Made by a program: the position numbers and the translations under genes. Below, piece after piece: positions 9,723 to 19,600 of a stretch of 64,000 nucleotides of DNA (position 1 is its first letter; each line of letters begins with the position of its first letter). The DNA comes from Trueperaceae bacterium (GTDB lineage Bacteria; Deinococcota; Deinococci; Deinococcales; Trueperaceae), in NCBI GenBank assembly GCA_965213705.1, contig OZ243913.1, forward strand, positions 1,824,001 through 1,888,000. Direction: 5' to 3'. The notes under the pieces were generated by a model. That model did no database searches, was not told the origin of the DNA, and was given only the letters and a program-made list of their open reading frames with translations.

Positions 9723-10168
9723 GCCGGGACGTGGGCCGTGAGCGCTTCTTCGGTGGGCGTGTTGCCTGCTTGCAGGGTTTCGACCAAGCGTCGGCAGGTC
9801 ACGCCTACCGCGTCGCGCACCTCGCGCCAGGTCTCGAGCGGCTTTCCTGTAGGGTCGGGAAAAGACACGTGCAGGCGGGTGGTTTGGGCCGGGTAGGCGG
9901 GGCAGGCTTCGTTGGCGCTGTCGCACACCGTCAGCACCACGTCGAACCACAGGTCGGGCAGCTCGAAGAGCGTTTTAGAGGTGTGGCCGGAGAGACTGAT
10001 GCCGACTTCTTGCATCACGGTCACGGCCTCCGGTTTCACAAAAGTTTTTTCAATGCCAGCCGAGAATACCTCAGCCTCTAAGCCAAGCTCGGCAGCGTGG
10101 TGGTTCAGCCAGCCCTCCGCCATCTGGCTACGGGCCGAGTTGTGAGTGCAGAGAACGAGTAACCTCAC
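9719..10168 (-). CDS. arsC: Arsenate reductase (LMW-PTP fold, thioredoxin type)
   Basis: CTHNSARSQMAE, TVCD..A.EACP and FPDP motifs. Confidence 0.9.
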   Translation of the reverse strand: MRLLVLCTHNSARSQMAEGWLNHHAAELGLEAEVFSAGIEKTFVKPEAVTVMQEVGISLSGHTSKTLFELPDLWFDVVLTVCDSANEACPAYPAQTTRLHVSFPDPTGKPLETWREVRDAVGVTCRRLVETLQAGNTPTEEALTAHVPA

Positions 10169-10599
10169 AGCAACGGTTTCCGAAAAGCCTGCGCCGAGGC
10201 CGGGCACGCCCCACGCAGCTCGGCCGAAGCACTCAATTCAGCGGGTAGGTCGGTGCGCCCTACAGGTGTGAAGCCGTATCGGGTCAGCAACTCGGGAATG
10301 GTGGTGGTGAGGCCGAAAACGGCGCGAAGGCCGCGACGACGCGCTTCTTCTTCTGCGAACGCAAGCAGGGTGCGGCCGTAGCCCTTGCTCCGCGCCTCGG
10401 ACTTCACGGTCAAGGAGCGAAGCAAGGCGTAAGGGTCTCGCACTTCGAGCCCTACCACGCCAAAAAGGTCACCCTTTTCTTCTAAGACGAACAGCTCGGT
10501 ATCCTCGAGACCGGCTACGGGCAGCTCGGACCGCTCGAGCATCGCCGTCAACTCAGCTACCTCTTCAGCCATCGCAGGCCTGAGCGCTGCGGTAGTCAC
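10165..10599 (-). CDS. ArsN2-like GNAT N-acetyltransferase
   Basis: ALLRSL.V...R.KGYG, LTTT and C-terminal CPASA; within the ars operon. Confidence 0.8.
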   Translation of the reverse strand: MTTAALRPAMAEEVAELTAMLERSELPVAGLEDTELFVLEEKGDLFGVVGLEVRDPYALLRSLTVKSEARSKGYGRTLLAFAEEEARRRGLRAVFGLTTTIPELLTRYGFTPVGRTDLPAELSASAELRGACPASAQAFRKPLL

Positions 10600-10916
10600 G
10601 CTCCTACCGCCCGAGTCTGTTCGGCCGCTTGCTTCAAGTCGGTGAGTGCAGAGATGACCTCGGTGAACGCTTCCGGGGCCAGCTCGTAGTACACCCAGCG
10701 CCCGCGCTTCTCGGCAGACACAAAGCCCGCTTCGACGAGTTGCTTCATGTGGTGGCTCACGGTGGGCTGGGTAAGACCCAAGAACGTTTCGAGGTCGCAA
10801 CCGCACACGCCGTCGTCACGGCTGCAACAGCTCTGGACGGGCTCGAGCAAAAAGTCCAGAATCTTGAGGCGGGTAGGGTCGGCCAATACCTTGAGTTCGT
10901 CGGACAAGTCACGCAT
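10596..10916 (-). CDS. arsR: ArsR/SmtB metalloregulator
   Basis: LADPTRLKIL, CCS...VCGCDL, QPTVSHH and RGRWVYY motifs. Confidence 0.9.
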   Translation of the reverse strand: MRDLSDELKVLADPTRLKILDFLLEPVQSCCSRDDGVCGCDLETFLGLTQPTVSHHMKQLVEAGFVSAEKRGRWVYYELAPEAFTEVISALTDLKQAAEQTRAVGA

Positions 10917-10953
10917 AGATAGACTTTAATCTATTTATAGACCCTTGTCTATG
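10915..10953. promoter_or_regulatory. Probable ArsR operator
   Basis: Inverted repeats ATAGAT..ATCTAT and ATAGAC..GTCTAT overlapping the arsR start region. Confidence 0.5.
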
Positions 10954-11082
10954 TGGCGTCTGTGTGGCAAAGTTTTATAGCCCAAAAAGCTTTGCCGTTT
11001 ACTCACGTTTACAATGATAGTGCAGCGCCGCATCGGACCTCAGAGCTTACTTGTACAGTATGTCTATGGACACGGTATCTCT

Positions 11083-11892
11083 ATGAACCTAGCCTTCAAC
11101 GGACGTTTGGCGGTCGTGACCGGGGCGGACTCGGGCATCGGCCTGCGCACGGCGGTAACCCTCGCCGCCGAGGGAGCCAGGGTTTTAATCACCGACCTAA
11201 AACAAGACAAGCTCGACGAAGCCGTAGAAAAAGTCAAACAAGAGGTCGAAGGCGCGGAAGCTTACAGCGTCGCCGCCGACCTGACCGACTTGGCAGACGT
11301 CGCCAAGCTGCTGAGAGCGGCCGACGACCACGGCGGCGCGGCCGTGTTGGCGCACTTGGCCGGCACCCGGGGGGCCGCCGGAGACTTTTTAGAGTTGAGC
11401 GACGAGGGTTGGTTGGAGACCCTGAACGTCGACCTGATGAGCGCGGTGCGGGTGTGCCGCGCTTTTATTCCGGGGATGCTCGAGCGGGGTTACGGCCGAA
11501 TCGTCTTAACCGCGTCGGAAAACGCCGTCCAACCCTACGTCGAAGAAACCCCTTACAACGCGGCCAAGGCGGGCGTCATCAACCTCACCAAAGGTTTGTC
11601 CAAGGCCTACGGGCCGGACGGCGTCCACGTCAACGTCGTCTCGCCGGCCTACGTCAAAACGCCCATGACCGACGCGATGATGGAACAGCGCGCCGAAGAG
11701 CGGGGTGTGAGCGTCGCAGAGGCGGTGGAAAGCTTTTTGGAAGAGGAGCGGCCCGGCATCACCGTGGACCGCCGCGGCAAACCGCAAGAAGTCGCCAACG
11801 TCATCGCTTTCTTGTGCTCCGACTTGGCCTCTTACGTGGACGGCTCGAACTACCGCGTCGACGGTGGCGCGGTGCGGACGGCGTTCGGCTGA
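11083..11892 (+). CDS. Short-chain dehydrogenase/reductase
   Basis: TGADSGIG, YNAAK catalytic motif, NVVSP and VDGG. Confidence 0.92.
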   Translation: MNLAFNGRLAVVTGADSGIGLRTAVTLAAEGARVLITDLKQDKLDEAVEKVKQEVEGAEAYSVAADLTDLADVAKLLRAADDHGGAAVLAHLAGTRGAAGDFLELSDEGWLETLNVDLMSAVRVCRAFIPGMLERGYGRIVLTASENAVQPYVEETPYNAAKAGVINLTKGLSKAYGPDGVHVNVVSPAYVKTPMTDAMMEQRAEERGVSVAEAVESFLEEERPGITVDRRGKPQEVANVIAFLCSDLASYVDGSNYRVDGGAVRTAFG

Positions 11893-12092
11893 ACTGTAGC
11901 CCTTAAACACCCACTTTGGGCGCTCGCTGTGACAGCGAGCGCCCGAACACGTTATGAGCCGCATCCGCACATCACCCGCACAGCCTCGGCACGGGCGGCG
12001 CGCCGTTTGTGCCGGTTCGTCCACGTTTGGCTTTTATTACTGTTGAGTTTTTGGACAAAACGTGTCAGGCGGGGTGGTATGCTCGGGGTTGC

Positions 12093-12485
12093 ATGGCATC
12101 CCCACCTGAAGCTTCCGTTGTTCCCAGCATCCTAGTTGCCGACGACCAAGCCGGTCAGCGCGCCGTTTTGGACATGCTCCTCACCCTGGACGGCTACGAA
12201 GTCGTCGCCACAGAAGACGGCCGTGAAGCGCTGCAGTACCTGCAAAAACACACGCCGAGCCTCATCATCCTGGACGTCAACATGCCTTTTGTCAACGGCG
12301 TCGAGATTTGCAGCCGAATCAAGTCCATCACCCGTCTTAAAAACGTGCCGGTCATCATCCTGACGGCCGCCAAAGAAGAGCGTGTCCTGACCGAAGCCAA
12401 GCTCGCCAAGGCCGACCTGGTCCTGAGCAAACCCTTGGAGGGTAAAAACTTCCGCGCGATGGTCAGGGACCTGTTGGAGATTTGA
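12093..12485 (+). CDS. Single-domain response regulator (CheY-like)
   Basis: ILVADD, ILDVNMP, IILTA and KP motifs. Confidence 0.88.
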   Translation: MASPPEASVVPSILVADDQAGQRAVLDMLLTLDGYEVVATEDGREALQYLQKHTPSLIILDVNMPFVNGVEICSRIKSITRLKNVPVIILTAAKEERVLTEAKLAKADLVLSKPLEGKNFRAMVRDLLEI

Positions 12486-12501
12486 GCGCGCCTCAACCAA
12501 G

Positions 12502-13314
12502 TTAAAACCCGGCTGAGCTGTCGGGCAATTCTCGGCGTTGCCGCAGCGCTTCGTAAACGAGCAGCGCGCCCGCGACCGACACGTTGAGGCTGTCAGCAAG
12601 TCCGTGCATCGGAATCGACACCTCCGCGCTCGCCGCGCCGCGCCAGTCCGGCCCGAGCCCGGCGTGTTCGGTACCCAGAACGATGGCGACCCCGCCCCGG
12701 TAATCCTCGGCCCAGTAGGTGCGCGCGGCGTCCGGCGTGGCGGCGACGAGCTTGAAGCCTGCGGCCAGCAAGAACTTCAGCAGTTCCCCGGTTTCTACCG
12801 CCACCACCGGACGGCTGAACACGCTGCCCAGGCTCGAGCGAATCGTGTTCGGGTTGTAGAGGTCGGTGCCCGCGCCGGTCACGAACACCGCGCCCAAGTC
12901 CCCAGCGTCCGCGGTGCGCAGCAGCGCGCCCAGGTTGCCCGGCTTCTCGAGGCCGTCGACAACGAGGACGAGTGCGTCGTTGGGCAGCACGAGGGTCTCG
13001 AGGCTCGTCTCTTGCATCCGCGCCACACCGAGGATGCCGTCCGGATTTTGCCGCAGGCTGAGGCGCTTGAAGGCCTCCGGCGACACCTCGGTCTGCGGCA
13101 GCGTGAGGGTGCCGACGAGCGCCCGACCCTCCGGTCTGAGGATTTCGGGGCAGACGAATATTTCCTCGAGCGGTACCCCGGCACTGAGCGCCCGCGTCAC
13201 TTCCCGTGTCCCCTCGACGAGGTAACGCTGACTTGCGTCCCGGTGCCGCCGCTCTTTGAGCCGCGCGAGGTTTTTAATGGTCTGGTTTTTGGGGCTGTCG
13301 ATGCGGGGGGGCAT
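12502..13314 (-). CDS. TrmH/SpoU-family RNA 2'-O-methyltransferase
   Basis: KPGNLGALLRTA, LGTEHAGL and IPM...DSLNVSVA SPOUT motifs. Confidence 0.92.
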   Translation of the reverse strand: MPPRIDSPKNQTIKNLARLKERRHRDASQRYLVEGTREVTRALSAGVPLEEIFVCPEILRPEGRALVGTLTLPQTEVSPEAFKRLSLRQNPDGILGVARMQETSLETLVLPNDALVLVVDGLEKPGNLGALLRTADAGDLGAVFVTGAGTDLYNPNTIRSSLGSVFSRPVVAVETGELLKFLLAAGFKLVAATPDAARTYWAEDYRGGVAIVLGTEHAGLGPDWRGAASAEVSIPMHGLADSLNVSVAGALLVYEALRQRRELPDSSAGF

Positions 13315-13364
13315 GGGGTTATTGTAAGCGGGCTCGAGGCGAGACCTAACCTCCTTCGGACTCA

Positions 13365-13436
13365 AAAGTACTGAGTACCGAGTGGAAAGTACCGAGTAAA
13401 AATACTCTCGACTTGGCTCTCGAGGCTCGGTTCTTT
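13365..13436. repeat. 7-nt periodic inverted repeat (AAAGTAC/CGAGTAC family)
   Basis: aaagtac tgagtac cgagtgg aaagtac cgagtaa followed by a degenerate complementary arm ending ctcggttcttt. Confidence 0.65.
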
Positions 13437-13512
13437 GTGGCCCTAGCTCTCCCGCCGGGCGGCGGGGTAGGCTGGCGGGTGTTGGTTTGAAGACTATTCC
13501 GAGGAGTCAAGC

Positions 13513-14778
13513 GTGCGCACAGCAGGACGCCGCCCGGCGGCGATGATTTTCATTCTCATCACCTTGTTTATCGACGTGTTGGGTTTAGGGCTCATCATCC
13601 CAATTTTGCCCGAGCTTATCAAACAGTTTGTCGGCGGCGACGCTGCGCTCGCGGGGCGTTACTTCGGCGTCATCGCCTCGGTCTACGCGCTCATGCAGTT
13701 TTTCTTCGCGCCGGTGCTGGGCGCGCTGTCCGACCGGTTCGGGCGGCGGCCGGTCATCTTGCTGTCGCTGTTCGGTTTGGGCGTCGACTACCTTATTCAA
13801 GGCTTTGCGCCCACCATCGGCTGGCTGTTCGTGGGGCGCGTCGTCGCGGGGATTATGGGGGCGAGCTTTACCACCGCCAACGCCTACATCGCCGACGTGT
13901 CGACGCCGGAGACGCGGGCGCAGAACTTCGGACTCGTCGGCGTGGCCTTCGGGCTCGGGTTTATCGTCGGGCCGGCTTTGGGCGGCGTGTTGGGGGGCAT
14001 CAGTATCCGGCTGCCCTTTTTCGTGGCGGCGGGCTTGGCGCTGCTGAACTGGCTGTACGGCTTTTTCGTGCTGCCCGAATCGCTTGGGGCGGACAACCGC
14101 AGCGCTTTTGCGTGGCGCAACGCGAACCCGTTCTCGAGCATCGCCCAACTGCGCGCCTACCCGCTGGTGGCGGGGTTGGCGGCGGCCTTCGTGTTCGTGT
14201 CGTTGGCGCAACGGGGGCTCGAGACGACGTGGGTGCTCTACACCGGCTACCGCTTCGGTTGGGGTGAGACGACGAACGGCCTCACCCTGGCGCTGGTCGG
14301 CGTGACGGCGGTGGTCGTGCAGGGGTTTTTGATTCGCCCGGCCATCGCCCGCTTCGGCGAGCGCCGCACGATTCTGTTCGGCTTGAGCGTGTCGGTGCTG
14401 ACCTTTTTGTGCTACGGCCTCGCGTACCAGGGTTGGATGATGGTCGCGACCATCATCTTCGGCTCGCTCAGCGGGGTGGCGGGTCCGGCGATTCAGGGCC
14501 TCGTCGCGGGCTCGGTGGGCGCGGCCGAGCAGGGCAAGGTGCAGGGCGCGCTGACCTCGCTCATCAGCTTGACGAGCATCTTCGCGCCGCTCCTTTTTAC
14601 GGCGGGTCTGTTTGGCTACTTCACCTCCGCGGCCGCACCCGTCACGCTGCCCGGTGCGCCGTTTTTCCTCGGCTCGGCGCTGTTCGCCGTGGCGCTGTGG
14701 GTTGTCGCGCGCTTGTTCAAACGGCTGCCGCCGGTCGCGCTGACCGAGCCTATAGACATGGCTGAGCCTGTAAGCTAG
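13513..14778 (+). CDS. TetA/DHA1-family MFS efflux transporter
   Basis: GALSDRFGRRPV motif A, GFIVGPALGG motif C, EQGKVQG; about 12 TM segments. Confidence 0.9.
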   Translation: MRTAGRRPAAMIFILITLFIDVLGLGLIIPILPELIKQFVGGDAALAGRYFGVIASVYALMQFFFAPVLGALSDRFGRRPVILLSLFGLGVDYLIQGFAPTIGWLFVGRVVAGIMGASFTTANAYIADVSTPETRAQNFGLVGVAFGLGFIVGPALGGVLGGISIRLPFFVAAGLALLNWLYGFFVLPESLGADNRSAFAWRNANPFSSIAQLRAYPLVAGLAAAFVFVSLAQRGLETTWVLYTGYRFGWGETTNGLTLALVGVTAVVVQGFLIRPAIARFGERRTILFGLSVSVLTFLCYGLAYQGWMMVATIIFGSLSGVAGPAIQGLVAGSVGAAEQGKVQGALTSLISLTSIFAPLLFTAGLFGYFTSAAAPVTLPGAPFFLGSALFAVALWVVARLFKRLPPVALTEPIDMAEPVS

Positions 14779-14794
14779 TTAGGAAAGGAGACCC

Positions 14795-15637
14795 ATGTCC
14801 AACCTCATAGACGCTCAAACCCTACACGACCGCTTAAAAGACGAGAACTTGCGCGTCGTCGACACGCGCTTCGCCCTCCAGGCCCCCGACGCGGGCCGCG
14901 AGGCCTACGCCTACGCCCACCTGCCCGGCGCGGTTTACTTCGACCTCGACAAGGACCTGTCCAGCCCGCCGCAACAGCACGGCGGCCGGCACCCGCTGCC
15001 CGACATGGCGGCGTTTGCGGATAGGTTGGCGGCGGCGGGGGTTTCGAACTCGAGCTTCGTGGTTGTCTACGACGACCAGGCGAACGTGTTCGCCGGGCGG
15101 CTGTGGTGGCTGTTGCGCTACGCAGGACACGATAGGGTCGCCGTTTTGGACGGCGGGCTGTCGGCCTGGACGGAGGCCGGTTTTGAAACGACGAGTGAAG
15201 TTTCTAATTATGAAAAAGGCGTCTTCACCCTCGACCTGCGCCCCGAAATGCTCGCCGACATGGACTTTGTCAGGCGCAACTTGGACAACCCGAACGTCCT
15301 CTTGGTCGACGCGCGCGGCGCGGACCGTTACCGGGGCGAGGGTGAGACGATGGACCCCAAGGGCGGCCACATTCCCGGCGCGCTGAGTTTGCCCTACACC
15401 GACAACTTAGACGGTAAACGCTACAAGCCCGCTGCAGACTTAAAAACAAAGTTTGAGGACTTGGGTTTAACCGAAGCCGACGAGGTCGTTGTCTACTGCG
15501 GCTCCGGCGTGAGTGCCAGTCACGACCTCATCGCTCTGGAAGAGGCGGGCGTCAAAAACGCCAAGCTTTACGTCGGCTCGTGGAGCGACTGGAGCAGCTA
15601 CCCGCACAACCCGGTGGCGGTGGGAGAAGAGCCCTAG
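14795..15637 (+). CDS. Tandem-rhodanese sulfurtransferase (SseA/MST family)
   Basis: HLPGA, GRHPLP, GHIPGA, YCGSGVSA and YVGSWSDW motifs. Confidence 0.92.
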   Translation: MSNLIDAQTLHDRLKDENLRVVDTRFALQAPDAGREAYAYAHLPGAVYFDLDKDLSSPPQQHGGRHPLPDMAAFADRLAAAGVSNSSFVVVYDDQANVFAGRLWWLLRYAGHDRVAVLDGGLSAWTEAGFETTSEVSNYEKGVFTLDLRPEMLADMDFVRRNLDNPNVLLVDARGADRYRGEGETMDPKGGHIPGALSLPYTDNLDGKRYKPAADLKTKFEDLGLTEADEVVVYCGSGVSASHDLIALEEAGVKNAKLYVGSWSDWSSYPHNPVAVGEEP

Positions 15638-15654
15638 CGAGCGTCGGCATTTGA

Positions 15655-15698
15655 TGTAGGGCAGCGCTGCGCAAATTTTGTCCCGCGCTGCCCTACAT
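15655..15698. repeat. GTAG-family REP-like palindrome
   Basis: atGTAGGGCAGCGC-tgcgcaaattttgtccc-GCGCTGCCCTACat. Confidence 0.65.
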
Positions 15699-15850
15699 CG
15701 TCCGGCTAATTTCTTTTGGTAGGGTCTGAAGCTCGACCGCTCGAGTGCCCATACGGACTCAGGGACTCGACCGGGCTGCCCCTTCTGGGCGTGCCCGACA
15801 AAGTAAGGCGCTTTTCCCGGTCGGTTTTTTGTAGTGCTATACTGCTCGCG

Positions 15851-16177
15851 ATGAAAGAGACGTTTTTGAACTGCCCGGCCTACGAAGCCATTCAGTTGTT
15901 GCAGGAGAAATGGGTCCTTCACATCGTTCGGGCACTTTTGAGCGGACCCAAAGGGTTCAACGAACTAAGCCGTGAGGTCGGCGGCTGCAACCCGACGACG
16001 CTGACGCAGCGGCTCGACAAGCTCGAGACCCTGGGACTCGTCGACAAAACCGTGTGCTCGACCATGCCTCCCAAAAGCAGTTACTGTCTTACCGAGGCGG
16101 GCGAGGCGTTGCAGAGCGTCATCAACGCCATTCACGACTGGGCCGTCGAACACGTACAGGTCCCCGCTACCGCCTAG
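15851..16177 (+). CDS. HxlR-family winged-helix regulator
   Basis: CP...AIQLLQEKW.L.I...L..GPKGFNEL...LTQRL..LE...PP..Y.LT..G; TATACT 7 nt upstream. Confidence 0.9.
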   Translation: MKETFLNCPAYEAIQLLQEKWVLHIVRALLSGPKGFNELSREVGGCNPTTLTQRLDKLETLGLVDKTVCSTMPPKSSYCLTEAGEALQSVINAIHDWAVEHVQVPATA

Positions 16178-16616
16178 AGCCGTTTTCGAAAATTACCTTT
16201 TCACACAAAAACTAGTCGGACCACCGGCGGGCCGACCTGTGCAGCCGTGTACCGGCCCTTGCCTACCCGGCCGCTCTCCACTTTTCTCCGCACTGTCGGA
16301 AAGCCTGACAGCTCTTCAATCCGCGCCAAACAAATACTGAGTCCTGAAGGCTCATGCGTGAGAACAAGTCGAACTGTTTAGGCGTCCCGGTTCGGGCATT
16401 TCGGCGACAAACGCCGCAAAACAAACGCTGTAAAACGTGTCTTTTCGCTGCAAGTTGAAGTTGCACGTTGCCCATTACCTCGTAAAGTTTTTGACTCGTG
16501 TGACGAATGTGGATTTCGGTATAGACAAAACTTTTTATACTCGGAAGTGAGTGCGAGTAGTTTTACGGCTCACGGGGGATAGCGGCATTTTTTTGCGTCC
16601 TGGTGGAGGAGTTGCT

Positions 16617-19600
16617 ATGGGTGGACAGGGGAGACGGGGTAGGTACGTCGTATTTTTGGTGTTGGCGCTGAGTCTCAGCGCTTGCTTCCGGTCACCGGCA
16701 CCGGAACCGTTGGCACCGCTGGCCGGCTCGAGCGGTCTCGTGTTGGAAAACTTAGACGGCGTGCCTTTCAACGACCGGCTGGTGTTCAGCCGCATCAGCG
16801 GCGGCGTCACTACGCACAAGGTTCACGACCTGGTCACGCTGCGGCTCCGCAACACCAGCGCGGCGAGCATCAAGGTTAACAGCCTCACCATCAGCGACAC
16901 GACCGAGTTCGTCCTGCCAAACAACGAGACGAGTCTCACGGTTGCCGCTGGAGCGTTTTACGACCTACAAGTCAGGTTCGTCGAGAGTTCCGGCAGCCGG
17001 GGCGTGCGGCTGCAAACCCTGACCTTAGACACGAACGACCCGGTCCAGCCCAGCCAAACCGTCCAGCTGGCCGGGGCTTTCATGACGCGGCCCGAGGGCG
17101 ACTACGAGGTCAGCCTTCAACAAATCGCCGACGCCTTTGGGTACAAAATCAACACCGGGCAGCCTTTGCTTCACAACGACGCCGAACTCAGGGGCGACGA
17201 GGTGCGCTCGAACTTCTGGAAGCGGGCCGACCCCGCCAAGGCGGTTTACGTAAGGCAGCTGGCAGCTTTTCACGGCTGCTGCAGCGCCGAAGACACTATC
17301 CAGATTACCGGCGCGGGCGGGGGGTCGTTCAAACACGCGGGTGCTTACGGCCAGTCGCTGCTGCCCCTCAAGGCGGGTTCCTCGGGACCCGCCGAGATGA
17401 CCGTCAACCCTACAGGAACTTTCGAAGTCAAAGTCGCGGGCTACAGCAGCAACGTCAACAACACTTCAAACAACGGCTTTTTGAGCGTGCGTTTTTGGCC
17501 GGTCAAGGACCGCTCCGGCGCGCCGGTACCCGGAAGTTACTTCGCAGTTCAAGACTTCGTGCAAAACGGTTGCGGCAGCGGCAGCGCCAACTGTGACTAC
17601 AACGACAACGTCTACCTTGTTACCAACATCGCGCCCGTCACCCCGACGAGTTACCGCCTCAACGTGGGCGGCCCGGCTTACACGGACAAGGCGGGCAACC
17701 TTTACGCCGCCGACACAGGTCTTTTCAGACCCTCGAGCGCCCCCGCCGAACCGGCGGCGGGACCGTCTACTCGGGCCATCGCCGACACCGAAGACGACAC
17801 GCTGTACCAAACCTACCGGGCCTTCTTGCCGAACACGGCGCAAGACAACCGCAAGCTCAGCTACAACCTGTCCGTGCCGCCGGGGGTCTACGACCTGCGC
17901 TTGCACTTCGCCGAACTCTACTGGGACGCGCCCGGCAAACGCGTTTTCGACGTCATTGTCGAGGACAAGACCCTGCTCGACAACTTCGACATTCTCGCCC
18001 AGACGAGCAAGTTTTCCGCGCTGGTGAAAACTTTTCCGAACATCAGCGTCAACGGTGGCACCCTTACGGTTACCTTGAAAGCGGAAGCCGACTACGGCGC
18101 TGTTTCTGCGATAGAGGTTGTGCCGTCCGGCACCGCCAACTTGCCGTCGCCCCGCGTGACCGGCACCGCGCCCGCGAGCGGCGCGACGAACGTGTTCAGA
18201 AACACGGCCGTCGCCGTGGACGTCGAGCTGCCCAACTTGGGAGCCGGGGTCGACGAAACGACGCTGAATACCGCGACGGTCAAGCTGTTTAAAACGAGCG
18301 GCGGGGCCTCCGTACCCGGCACCGTCAACACCACGGGCGGCAACGACGCCATCGTCTACCAGCCGAGCGTGCTGCTCGAGCCCGGCACCGGTTACACGTT
18401 TCAAGTGACCAGCGGCGTAAAAGACCAGGCGGGCGCGGCCTTTACGCCCTACACCATGAGTTTCACGACCGGCACCCAGACGAGCGTCAAAATGGACCCG
18501 AACGTGAACTTTACCAAGACGTCCGTGTTCAGCGGCAGCGCCATTTCAACCCTCGTCATCGGCCCCGACGGCAAGCTCTACGGCGCAGGCTTGGACGGCG
18601 TCGTTCACCGCTGGCAAATCGACGGCAACGGTCAACTCAAAGGCGAGCAAACCTTCCGCGGCTTGGCCGGCAAAGCCGTCGTCGGCGTAGCTTTCAATCC
18701 CAACGACACCAAAGAGATGTACCTGTGGACCACGGCCAACGAGCCGCTCTACCCGCAGCCCGCCCCGGACTTTTCGGGCAAGCTCTACAAGCTGCGCTTG
18801 CGCGGCATCAACTTCGTCGACTCCGACCTGCAGCTCTACATCACCGGTTTACCGCGCTCGGCCAAAGACCACCTCAGCAACAGCCTCGCCTTCGGCCCCG
18901 ACGGCTTGCTCTACATGAACCAGGGCGGCAACACGGCGATGGGCGCACCCGACAGCGCCTGGTACAACCGGCCGGAGCGCTTGTTGAGCGCCGCCGTGCT
19001 GCAAATCGACCCGCGCCGGACCACCGGGTTGCCCATCAACGTGCAGACCGAACCCTGCGACGAACACTGTCAGGGCACCGGCACCAGCGGCAACTACAAC
19101 CCCTACGCCGCGGACGCGCCGGTCAAGATTTACGCCTCGGGCGTGCGCAACGCTTACGACCTCGTGTGGCACTCGAACGGTAAACTCTACGTGCCCACCA
19201 ACGGCAGCGCCGCGGGCGGCAACACCCCCGACAACCCGGCGACGCCGCAAAACGAGGCGCTGTTCAACGTCGCCACGCAAGACGACTACCTGTTCAAGGT
19301 AGAGCCCGGCGGCTACTACGGCCACCCCAACCCCAAACGCCGCGAGTACGTCATGAACGGCGGCAACCCGACGGCTAGCGCCGACCCGGCCGAGGTCGTT
19401 GCGACGGGCGTTTACGCGGGCTACCCGGTCGGCACGCAGCCCGAGTCCAAATATCGCGGCTTCACCTACAACTTCGGCCGCAACCGCTCGCCCAACGGGG
19501 TGCTCGAGTACAAAAGCAACGCCTTCGGCGGCAAGCTGAAGGGCAAGCTCTTAGTGGTCGAGTACAGCGCCGGGGACGACATTTTAGCGTTGCCGCTCAG

